From assembly GCA_028826165.1 (NCBI GenBank), contig JAPDFW010000063.1, positions 620,001 through 684,000 on the forward strand: a DNA stretch of 64,000 nt, given 5' to 3'. Positions 46,559-58,300 of the stretch are shown here, in pieces. The DNA is from Anaeramoeba ignava BMAN (taxonomy: Eukaryota; Protista; Anaeramoebae). Each line of letters opens with the position of its first letter. The stretch's first letter is position 1. The position numbers and the translations under genes are program-made. Below the pieces are notes generated by a model. It was not told where the DNA came from. It did no database searches and worked only from the letters and a program-made list of their open reading frames with translations.

Positions 46559-49500
46559 TTATTTTTTTAAAATTTCTTCCCATTCTACATCTCCAAGATT
46601 TGTTTCTAAATTAAATGAATTTTCGTTAATTATAATTGAAGGAAATAATTCTTGAAGATAAAAACTAAATAGATTGTAAAATAAATTGTAAAATAAGTAA
46701 ATAGAAAAATAAGTAAATAGATTGTAAAATAAAAAAACAAACCTATCCCAAAATTTTAATAAACCCATATAAGTTTGAATTCCAAGAATTCCATCATATT
46801 TTTTATAACTTGGATTTAAATATTCTTGATTAGAATTAAGTAAAGTCCATAAAGAATAAGTTCTATATTGTAATTTTTTTTCAAATCTTTCAAAATCATT
46901 ATCACATAAAAAAGTCCCAAATCTTCTTGAATTTAAATGTTCCAAAATTGAAAGAAGAAAAAAAGAATTAAATTCAAAAGCATTTGGAAATTGAGAAACA
47001 CATTGAAAAACACAATCAATCCATTGAATAAAAATAGGTGAATTTTGCTTATTAAAAGTATTCATTGAATCACAATGACCACATCTTTCTGTGAATTTAT
47101 GACCAAAACTAATCCAATCTTTTTCAATAAGAATAGAAAATCCTTTTATTGTTCTGTAAAATGGATCAAGAATAACTTCTGCTAAAGAACATACTTGTGA
47201 AGTATTATGTACAATAATTGTTCCAATTCCTGCTTGAAAATGTTCATTTTCTGTTGAGAGATCATAAACATAATTTGTTTCATCTTTATCAATTTTACTC
47301 TTTTTAATTATACAATTATTTTCAAAATTTAATGAATTGAAGTTTCGTTTTGATTCTTCACAAAAAATCTCGAAAACATTCATTTCTTCATTAAAATTTA
47401 CAAAACAATTTTTCTTGAATAACAATTTAATCAACAAATATAATCCAGCAATAAATATTTTACTTGATGAATTTAATATCATATTTTCCAATTTGAAATT
47501 TCTTTTTGTTTGATTAAATTCTCCAATTAAAAATCCATTCCAAAAAGATTCAATTAAATTTAGATCAAGATTGAAAATTAAATTTGGAATTTTTCTATTA
47601 TGATCTTTGTCAAAAAAATTATCATCAAAAAATTGAATAAATTCATCAATAACATCTTTTGATTTACTTTTTTCATAATTAATTTGAATTTGGTTTTTAA
47701 TAATTGAAATTGAAATTTGAGAATTGAATGAATTGAGTAACTTTTCAATAATTAATTTTGCTATAAATAAGACTTTCAATGAATTATGATGTAAATTCCA
47801 AAGATGAGATGATGAATTTACATTTCCATTAACTGTAAAAAGACCAAAAAACCAAATCAAATTATTTGTAATTTTCATTTCATTAAATTTATTTTGAGTT
47901 TGGAGAGTATTTTGTAAATCAAGTTCTTCTTCTTTTTGTATATTTAAATGAATTTTAGGGAAAATATTTAAATCAATTTCACTTTGTAATAATTTATCTC
48001 CAATTTGAGCTTTTTCTGCTTTAAAACAATTTCCTGAAGGATCAAGAAGACTATGACCAGTTGTAACATCAACAGATCCTGATTTTGTTTGAATTCTAAC
48101 AAGATCTTCTTTAGTCTTATGACGAATAATTTGATTTATTTTCGTAAATCCTAATTCTGTCCAAACTTCTATATTTTCATTAACAAAACAACTTTCTTTA
48201 TTTTTGATAAATTTATCTTTTTTCCATAATAAATCAAAATTCCTTAATTGATCAATTCTAAAAATTCCAATAAATTTCTTTGAAAAACGACATAAAATGG
48301 GTGAATCATGAGAAACACTACGATCCCAACCATCAGAACAATGAACAAGAACAGAACAATTTTTTTGAATAGATTCAACAACTTTAATTGAAGATTGCAA
48401 TAATTTTTGAATATGAAAAAGCCATTTTGTTTGAGCTAAAAATTCAAACCATTTTTGATCATCTTGTTTTTTATTTACAGTTTTTCTACATAATTTTCTT
48501 AATAATTCATAACTATTTCTCATATGATGAATATTTTCAATTCCCAAAAAAGTTAAAGAACATTCAGGATAATTTGAAATATTTTCATAACCTCCTCCTT
48601 TAGTTTTATTTCCGATTGCATTTATTTTAGGTCTACAATCAAAAATATCAAATGGTTTATTGGAACTCATTTTTTGGATAATTGAAATATATTTCTCATC
48701 AATTTGAGATCTATTAGAAAAAACTCCTTTTTTTTTTTGTTTTAAAAAGAAGAAAAACAAAATTTAATTTATTTGGAATAATTCTCTCTTTCTTTATTAA
48801 ATAAATTTTTATTACCTTTTTTAGGTTGTGATGATCTTGTAATACAAACTAATTTTTTTGGATGTTTCCATGTTAAAACTGGAAATCTTTTTTTTGTTCT
48901 AAATTTTGCAATCATTTCAAGTTCTTGTTTTGTAATATCTTTTGGAATAGCTAAAATATTTGGATAAGTTGGTGATAAATTAAAATTATTATTCCAATCA
49001 ATAATTATCCAATTCATATCTGAAAAATCTTTTGTGTTTTTTTTTTTTCAATTAATTAATTAAATTTAGATGAATTTTTTTTATTATTAAAAAGATCTTA
49101 TAAAAATTATTTCATTCTTTTACTTTGTCTTTCAAATTCTTCATTTATTTTATAAATTGACCATCCAAAATCTATTAAAGATTGATCAAAAATATTTTTA
49201 TGTTGAAAAGCAAATGAAAGTGTTATTTCATTTATAAATGAATTTTTGATAATTGAATCAAAAAGGAATGAGAATTTTTCATCTTTTTCAAAAATAAAAA
49301 ATTTAAATTTTCTAAAAGTTTTTTGATAAATTGAAAATCCAAAAGCATTTAAACCTAATTTTTAATTTTAATTTTTAATTGAAATTTTGATTTAAATTTT
49401 AATTTAAATTTGAATTTGATTTAATTTTGAATTTTGATTTTTTGATTTGATTTTGAATTTTTTTAAAATTTTGAATTTGAATTTTGAATTTTGAATTTGA

Positions 49501-50599
49501 ATTTGAATTTGAATTTGAATTTGAATTTTGATTTGAATTTGAATTTTGATTTGAATTTTGAATTTGAATTTGGGATTTGGAATTTGAATTTGAATTTTGA
49601 ATTTTAAATTTTGAATTTTATTTTGATTTGAATTTTTGAATTTTGAATTTAAAATTTTTTAAATTTTGATTTTGAATTTTTAAAATTTTTGAATTTTTGA
49701 ATTTTTTTGAATTTGAATTTTTGAATTTTGAATTTTGAATTTTATTTGAATTTTGATTTTGAATTTGAATTTGATTTTGAATTTGAATTTTAAATTTGAA
49801 TTTGATTTTTTGAATTTGAATTTGATTTTTGATTTTGATTTTTGAATTTTGAATTTAAATTTGATTTTTTTAATTTTTTGAATTTGAATTTAATTTTAAA
49901 ATTTGAATTTTGAATTTGAATTTTGAATTTGAATTTTGAATTTGAATTTGAATTTGAATTTGAATTTGATTTTGATTTTGGATTTAAATTTGAATTTGAA
50001 TTTGATTTTGAATTTGAATTTAAATTTGAATTTTAATTTTGAATTTGAATTTGAATTTTGAATTTGATTTTGAATTTGATTTGAATTTGAATTTAAATTT
50101 GGATTTGAATTTGAATTTAAATTTTGGATTTGAATTTGAATTTTGATTTGAATTTGAATTAACCATTATTAAATTGTTTTTCAATTTTTTTAATTTTTTG
50201 AATTTGTCCTAAAGGAATTGAGATAAAATGAAGTTTATTTGCCTATATTTTTTAAAAAGAAAGAAAGAAATAAATTAATTTTTTAAGGAAATCTTTAATT
50301 AAATAAAATTTTAAATTAAACTTTATGTTTTGGAAGAAAGATTAATCGATAATTTGTTAAAATTAAACTTCCTAATAAAAGAGAATCTGATGAAAGATGG
50401 AAATAAGAAATGTTCTCAATAAAAAAAATTTGATTTTCATTTATTATCCAAAATTTTTCATTTTCAATTTTGTTATTTTTCTTTTAAAAATTAATTGAAT
50501 AAAATTGTTTTTTTGATTAAATTTTTAAATTAAAAAGTAAATTAAATAATAAATTTTAAATACAACTTCAATAGATAATCTATTTATTTTCCTTTTCAT
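46559..50599 (-). CDS. Myotubularin-family phosphoinositide 3-phosphatase (PH-GRAM plus PTP-like domain) containing an intein. Exons ~50599-50564, 50480-50322, 50242-50164, 49354-49124, 49028-48816, 48726-46743, 46664-46559
   Basis: GSLILTNYRLIF, ISIPLGQI, GWSIY..EEFERQ, LSPTYP, FRTKKRFPVLTW, RSSQP, FDCRP..NA..N..KGGGYE, GIENIHHMRNS, VLVHCSDGWDR-[intein]-TSQVCSLAEVILDPFYRTIKGFSILIEKDWISFGHKF, QFPNAFEFN, RFGTFL. Confidence 0.95.
47204..48319 (-). mobile_element. Intein (372 aa) with a degenerate LAGLIDADG homing-endonuclease domain
   Basis: In-frame 1116-nt insert. Block A SVSHDSPI, block B VDVTTGHSLL (TxxH), block F YVYDLSTENEHFQAG, block G IIVHN, then extein Thr. Removal restores HCSDGWDR-TSQ. 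Confidence 0.95.
49360..50160 (-). repeat. Degenerate (AAATTC/AAAATC)n microsatellite filling myotubularin intron 3 (49355-50163)
   Basis: Directly visible. Confidence 0.85.
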
Positions 50600-50707
50600 T
50601 ATAAAAATAATAAAAAATAAAAAAGAAAAGATGAAAAAAAAATGAAGAGAAAAAAATTAAATTTTTAAAAATCATTTTTTTTTTCATTTTTTTTTTTAAT
50701 AATAAAA

Positions 50708-52298
50708 ATGTCTCATAAACAATTTATGTCTTTTCAATTTGAAAATATTTATAAATTTCCAAAAAATACAGAATTAATAAAAGATGATTCTTTATCTGAA
50801 GGAGAAGAAGATCTTTCTTTAAAATTTATAGAATGTATTCCTGATGAAGGTGAAAAAAAAAACATTAATTTTTAATTTTAATTCGAATTTTAATTCCGAA
50901 TTTGAATTTATAAATTTTAATTTTAATTCCAATTTGAATTTATAAATAATTTTAATTTTAATTTTAAGAATTTGAATTTTAATTTGAATTTTAAATCCGA
51001 ATTTTAATTTTAAATGAATTTTAATTTTAAATGAATTTTAATTTATAAATGAATTTTAATTTATAAATGAATTTTAATTTTAAATAAATTTTAATTTGAA
51101 TTTAGTTCTATTTTTAATCTTTGAATATCTTGATAAACCTTTTCATCTTGGAATTTGTTCTTGTGTTAATTATCAATTTAATAAAGTTGCTGAAAATAAA
51201 GAAATTTGGCAAAAAATTATTAAAAAAAATATAAATTTATTGGATTTTGATGAAATTAAACTTGCAAATGATAAAAGAACTTTTTATATAAATAATTCAT
51301 TTGGATTAAAACAATATTTTTCATCTAATTCAAAAATAAATGATGAAAATTTTGATATTTTAAATGAAAAAAATGATTTGGAACAAAAAACAGAAAATTT
51401 AGATCCAAAAATTCAAGATTTTTTGATTCAATTTGATCAAAATCCAAAATCATTTTTTGTGAATCAATTAAAAAAATATCAAAAAGTTAAAAAGAAAAGA
51501 GATAAAGAAGAAAGAAAATTCAAAAGGAAAGAAAATTGGGAAAAATTTAAATATTTTTTAGAAGATAATCGATATTTCTTTCTTTTACTTCTTATTGTTA
51601 TTCAATTATGGTTAATTTCTTGGAAATTAGAAAGCAAAAAGAGTTTTTGGATTTTGATTTTTTTACCTTCATTTCTAAATATAATATCTTTCAGATATTT
51701 GGGATTTAAAGATGATGTAGAAAGAGAATGGTGTTGGGAATTTATCAGGAATTCTTTGAATATTGATGGATTAATATTGATGTTTTTATCAGTTAAATTG
51801 GATTTTTTTTCTCAATTTCCTTTATATATTATTGTTATGTTTATTTGGTTTACTTTCTTTTATGAAATTGCTTTTCTTTTCAAAATTAATTGGATAGATT
51901 TCAAATGGGAATTAACTGAAAATTTATTTATAATTATAGCAATTCTTTTCCATTTTTTAATTGGATTTTTTGTTCTATTTGCTTTTCTTAAAATTGATTA
52001 TCAGAAAAATTTTGATTGGGATAAAATTTTTATTCCTCTTTTTATTTTAAATGCAGTTGTATTTTTACAATGTTTTGCTTTGGGTTGTGGTTATTATCTT
52101 GATTATACTTTTAACAATATTACTTATTGGTTTTCTCTTTTTCTTATTTTTTTAATGTTATTTATTACTGAAATTTTTACTCTTCTTTTTCTTTTGAAAA
52201 AATGGGAAATTAATTTTTATTTTATTCTTTTCCCACTTTCTTTGTTATCAAGTTTTTGTTTAATTTTTTATATTCCTTTTAAAATATTCAATAATTAA
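50708..52298 (+). CDS. F-box protein fused to a multi-pass TMEM185/TMEM60-like membrane domain. Exons ~50708-50849 and 51106-52298
   Basis: Spliced IECIPDEVLFLIFEYLD...ICSCVNYQFNKVAENKEIW (F-box), then ~8 hydrophobic segments with SWKLE..FWILIFLP, SVKLD and FLKID...WDKIFIPLFI repeats. Confidence 0.7.
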
Positions 52299-52446
52299 AA
52301 ATAATAATAAAATTATTTGAAATTTGGAATTTAATTTCTTTTGAAAAAAAAAAAGTGGAATTGATTATTTTTAATTTGTTAAATCCTAAATTATTTTTTT
52401 TAATTAAAATTAAATAAAATAAATTAATCAATAGAAAGAAAAAGTA

Positions 52447-54846
52447 TTATAAAAAAATTACTTCCAAAGCAGCAACAATATTTATTTGACGACCTTTTAT
52501 TGAAATTCCATTTAATTTAATTGCTTTTTTTTGATCTTTATGTGATTCAAATTCAACAAAACCAAATCCTTTACTTTTTCCATTTTGAAATCTTGCAATT
52601 CTACATTCTTTAACTTTAAATTTACTAAATATCATTGCAAATTCTTCATCTTTCATCTCAAAAGGAAGATTTTTAACATGAACTCTCACTTTACTTAATT
52701 TTTTTTTTGGAGTATCAAAAGCAGCAGTAATAGAGATTTTTCGACCTTTTATTGAAATTCCATTTAATTTAATTGCGTTTTGTTGATCTTGATGTGATTC
52801 AAATTCAACAAAACCAAATCCTTTACTTTTCCTTTTTTCAATCTTGCAATTCTACATTCTTTAACTTTAAATTTACTAAATATCATTCTAAATTCTTCAT
52901 CTTTCATCTCAAAAGGAAGATTTTTAACATGAACTCTCACTTTACTTTCTTCTTTTTTTGGAGTAATAAAAGCAGCAGTAATAGAGATTTTTCGACCTTT
53001 TATTGAAATTCCATTTAACTTAATTGCGTTTTGTTGATCTTGATGTGATTCAAATTCAACAAAACCAAATCCTTTACTTCTTCCTTTTTTCAATCTTGCA
53101 ATTCTACATTCTTTAACTTTAAATTTACTAAATATCATTGCAAGTTCTTCATCTTTCATCTCAAAAGGAAGATTTTTAACATGTATTTGAACTTGACTTT
53201 CTTCTTTTGGCATCAATTCTTTTCGATTCTTTGAGTTTCTTTTTCCTTGTCTAATTTCTTTTAATCGAATTTCTATTGTTTGTCCATAAATTTCTGTTCC
53301 ATTAAGTTTATCAATTACTTTTTTTGCTCCTTTTAAATTTTTCATATCAACAAATGCATATCCTGTTGAGAAACCAGTTTTGGGAAAAATAGTTACTCGA
53401 ATACTAAAAGAAAAGAAAAGAAAAAAGATTCAAAAAATAAATTCAATAAATAATCTCACTTTATTTATTTTGATTATTTTTTTTTTTTACACTTCTGAAA
53501 TTTTGGAAAATTCTTTTTGAATTTGTTCTTTTGTAAAAGCAAGTGGTAAATTTCCAACATAAAGTGTTGTCTTGATTTGATTTACAAAAAAAAATTTGGA
53601 AAAAAATTAACTTCATAATTTGTTCTTAAAAAATATCTAAAAACTTCAAATAAAAATAATTTCTTACTTTTTCTTGATTATTGATTTGATTATTGATTTG
53701 ATTATCAATAGAATTATCAATAGAATTATCAATAGAGTTATCAATAGAGTTATCAATAGAATTATCAATAGAATTATCAATAGAATTATCAATAGAATTA
53801 TCAATAGAATTATCAATAAAATCATCATTTGAATCATCATCTGAATAATCATTTGAATCATCATCTGAATAATCAATAGAATCATCATTTGAATCATCAT
53901 TTGAATCATCATCTGAATAATCATTTGAATCATCATCTGAATAATCAATAGAATCGTTATTTGAATAATCAATAGAATCATTTAAGGAATCATTTAAAGA
54001 ATTATCAATTTTCTTTAAATCTTGTTTTTCTTCTTCAACAAAACTCACAAATTTCTTTTTTTGATTTGATTTTTTAGAAATTAGTTCATCTTTTTCTTTA
54101 ATTAAATTTTCAAGTTCATTTATTTTTTTATCCTTTTTTTGATTAAATTCTTGAAGTTCTTTTAAATCTTTTTGAAGTTTTTGGATTTCTTCATCTTTTT
54201 CTTTTTTAAATCGTTTATTCTTTTTATTTTTTTTAGAAATTAATTCATCTTTTTCTTTAATTAAATTTTCAAGTTCATTTATTTTTTTATCCTTTTGTTG
54301 ATTAAATTCTTGAAGTTCTTTTAAATCTTTTTGAAGTTTTTGAATTTCTTCATCTTTTTCTTTTTTAGATCGTTTATTCTTTTTATTTTTTTGTTTGATT
54401 TCTTGATTTGAATTTTGTTCCACTTTTTCAATATAATTTCCATTATCTTTTTCCTTTTTATTTCCTTTTTTTCTTGTTTTCTTTTCATGACGATGATGAT
54501 GTTTTCTTGATGAATTTGTTTGATTTTGATTTTGATTTTGATTTTGATTTTGATTTTGATTTTGATTTTGATTTTGATTTTGATTTTGATTTTGATTTTG
54601 ATTTTGATTTTGATTTTGATTTTGATTTTGATTTTGATTTTGATTTTCATTTTGATTTTGATTTTGATTTTTATTTTAATTTTGATTTTGATTTAAATTT
54701 TGATTTTCATTTTCATTTTGATTTAAATTGTTTTTCTTTTTTTTCTTAGATTTTTTCAATTCTGTTTCTTCTTTTTTAGTTTCTTGAATTAAATTTTTTT
54801 CCTTTTCCTTCTTTTTTTGTTTCTTTTTATTTTGTAAATCATTCAT
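52447..54846 (-). CDS. RNA-binding protein with coiled-coil/low-complexity N-terminus and four RRMs; two short introns, frameshifts, start uncertain
   Basis: RNP2/RNP1 motifs LYVGNLP...TGYAFVDM, then 3x VHVKNLPF...SKGFGFVEF at 84-aa spacing. Confidence 0.8.
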
Positions 54847-55322
54847 TTTTCTGTTTCTTTTTGGATGTTTTTTTAATAAAAAAAAAGAAAGAAAAAATTT
54901 TTGAGTAAAATTTAATCAGAATTAAATCTTCTTTTTTTAAAATTTTTGTTTATTTTCAAATATAAATTATTTTTTAAAATAATTTTTATTATTAAAGAAG
55001 TATTTTTTTCATTTTCAAAAATGAAATAAAATGAAATTTAATTTGAATGAATTTGATTTTTGTTTTCAAAAAATAATAATTTAATAAATTTACTAAATTT
55101 CTTTTTGTTTTTTTTTTCTTTTTATTTTTGATTTGAATTGAATTGAAAAAAAGATTTGAATTGAAAAAAAGAATTGAAAAAAATGAAAAAAATGAAAAAA
55201 AAATTGAATTGAAAAAAAAAAGTGGAATTTGGAATTTGAATTATTTTGCTTGTTTTCTGTTTTGATTTTGGTTTCTTTTAAATTGTTTCTCTTTTTTGTT
55301 TTTGTTTTTCTTTTAAATTGAT

Positions 55323-58300
55323 TTAGTTTGATTCTAAATTATCTTCGCAAAATCTGTAAAAATGAACTAATTTTGATAATTTTAATTTTGGAAAGTTTTC
55401 AAACTTTTTTATATCTTCAAAAGTAATGAATTCATTATCAAATAATTCATTAAAAATTTCATCTTCTTTAATTGATTTAGGTTTTTTTGGTTTTTCTATT
55501 AAAATTTTAACTAATTTATCTAAACCTTCAAATAATTTGTTTTTAATTTTAGATTCCAATTTTTGGAATTCTGTTTTAATTGTTTGCTTTTCTTGAAGTG
55601 ATAATTGTTCTTGATATTCTTCAGGTAAAACTCGAGAAGGATGATTTAATTCTTTAACAATTTTATCAGATTTATCAATGTTTTTGTTTAATTTTTGTAA
55701 GGAGAATTGATGAATTTTATGAAATAAATTTGATTCTTGTTTTTCTTGTTGTTCTTGTTTTTCTTGTTTTTCTTTTTCTTTATAAATTTGATCAAAAGGA
55801 AGAAGAAATGTATCAATTGTTTTAAAATCTGGATTTAAATCATCTAAATAATATATTTCCCATTTTTCTTCAAAACAAATTCGGAATGTTTGATTTTCAC
55901 TTGATGAAAGATGAACAAAAAGAATAATAGTTTGTCTTTCTTTTTTCTCAAAATTTTCATTAGATTCAATTAAACTTTTAATATGTTGAAATGATTTCAT
56001 AATGTTTTTATCTGAAGATATTTCGAATTGAATGAAAATTGCTTTTTTATTTTCTTCTTTTAAATGAGAATTAATTGAGTTATTAAAATCATCTGTTTTC
56101 TCAAAATTTGTAATATTGATTATTGTGTAATTTTTGGTTTCATTTTTATAAAGTTCTCTAAATCAAATGGTGGTGAATTTGTTAAAATAATCAAATTATT
56201 TTCCTTTTCATTTTCCTTTTTTGATATTTTATCAAGTAAATCTTTTAAATCTGATGCTGTGTTTTGACTATAATTATCCAAATCTTTTTGAAGTGTTTCT
56301 TCAAATTCATTCAATTTTTCATGCTTTTCTTGTTTTTGTATTAAATGTTTTTTAAGATGAATCATTGTTCCTAATTTAGCAATTTTGTGCCAATAATCTT
56401 GATGAGGAATTGTTTTTTGTTTTGTTAATTTTGATTCTTTTTCTTGTAATTTGAATGAAAGAGAAGAAATTAAATCAGGATGGAAACCTGCTAATAATTG
56501 TGATGTTTTTGTTGATGTTATTTTTTTGATGTTTCCAAAATAATTTTGGATTTCTTGTTGATAATTTTTCCCTATCTCATTAAGAATATCATTTGAAGTA
56601 ACAAGTTGTTTTTCAAATTGATTTAAAATTGCTGGTGATAAATCTGTATAAGCTCTTTCTTTAGGCATAATAACAACAATTCTTGATGCTGGATTAATAA
56701 ATACTCTTGTTGTTGATGCTCCAAAACTTATATTTGAAATGTATTTATTCCCAATAACTGTGTATCTTTGATTTAATACATCATATAATGGTTCAAATAA
56801 TTGTTCTTGATTACATAAAACAATAATATTTGTATCAGCAATTAAATTGGCAACATTTTTCAAATCATGATAAGTTTGAATTTCTTTATCTTCATTGAAA
56901 TATGATCCATATAAAAGTTTAATGTTTCTTTCTTTAATATCTTTTTTCAATTTTTCAATAATTAATGGAAGAATTGTCATTTCTTCACAAATTATCATTA
57001 TGTGTCTTGATTTTATTTCTTGTTCATTTGGATTAATTTCTAAATTATCAGTAATTAGATTCATTGTTGATTTTTTTTCCATTATCTCATCATTCCAATA
57101 ACCATATTTTTTTAATAATGGTTGGATAATCTCATCAAAAAATTTTTTAGATGCTCCTCCAAAATTTCTGAGAAATGATTGAAAAACAATTTCTAAAATT
57201 TCTTGTTTTGAACATTCATTTTTCTTACCTTTCTCTTTTTTATCTTTCATATCATATCCAATCATTTTAATTAAATAATAAAAATCTCTTAATCCAAAGA
57301 AATTTTCCCTAATTATTCTTTCTTCACTTTCTTCAGTTTTTTTGATTTTTTTTTGTTGTATTTGAAATATTTCAAAATAAATTTCTGCAAGTTTTTCTGG
57401 TATTTTGAATTCTTTTTTACTTGGTTTATAAATTGATTCAATGAAAATTGATCCAAAAATTGATTTTCCTGTTTCTTTTAATTCTTCTTTATCTGGATCA
57501 TTTTTGAAGAAATATTCCTCGATTTGTTTTACTTGCATCAAGTTTCCAATTTGAAATTGCAATAACTGGGAATTTGTCTTCATCTCTTCTTGCATCTTGA
57601 TCAGATAATTCAAGTTCTTTATGTAATACTTTTAATGGGAATTCTGGATTCATTTCTGCAAGTGCAACTTCATCTAATAAAACAACTGGAACATTTCCTC
57701 TTCTTTGATATTGAAATTCTTGAAATTCTTCATATTCTAAATTTTCTAAATATTCTCTTTGTTGTTGTTTATAGTTTCTTGCTTGTTCAAATATTTTTTC
57801 TATAGCTCTTGGTGTTGTTTGAGGTGAACATTGTAATGGGAAAACTTGAATTCTTTTAAGTTTTCCTTCTCTAACATATTCATTATTTGATGAATTACTT
57901 AACCAATTCTTTAAAATATCGATTGATAATGATTTTGAAGTTCCTAATTTTAATTTTAATTTTAATTTTAATTTTAATTTTAATTTTAATTTTAATTTTT
58001 AATTTTAATTTTAATTTTAATTTTAATTTTAATTTTAATTTTAATTTTAATTTTGATTTTAATTTTAATTTTAATTTTAATTTTAATTTTAATTTTAATT
58101 TTAATTTTAATTTTAATTTTAATTTTAATTTTAATTTTAATTTTAATTTTAATTTTAATTTTAATTTTAATTTTAATTTTAATTTTAAATTTACCTGGTT
58201 TTCCAATTATGAATAAAGGAATTTTGGTTTGAATACAAATAAATTCAACTAATAAATTTTCTGTTAATGCTTCATTTGGTATAATTCCTTGTGATTTTAA

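Noticed and set aside
47204-48319. Insert as a spliceosomal or group I intron, or a Hedgehog-type Hint domain
   Set aside because: It has no GT-AG ends, is a 3n open frame, and has both N- and C-terminal intein motifs with host sequence resuming at Thr, which fits a true intein.
2870-57510. Frequent frameshifts in conserved genes (ACTR10, BTB-TLDc, CDC20, ankyrin, CM1 gene, RRM, RNF213-like) as programmed ribosomal frameshifting or mass pseudogenisation
   Set aside because: They include both +1 and -1 changes, nearly all in A/T homopolymers, hit essential genes and share no slippery-site or stop motif. Long-read consensus error is the simplest explanation.
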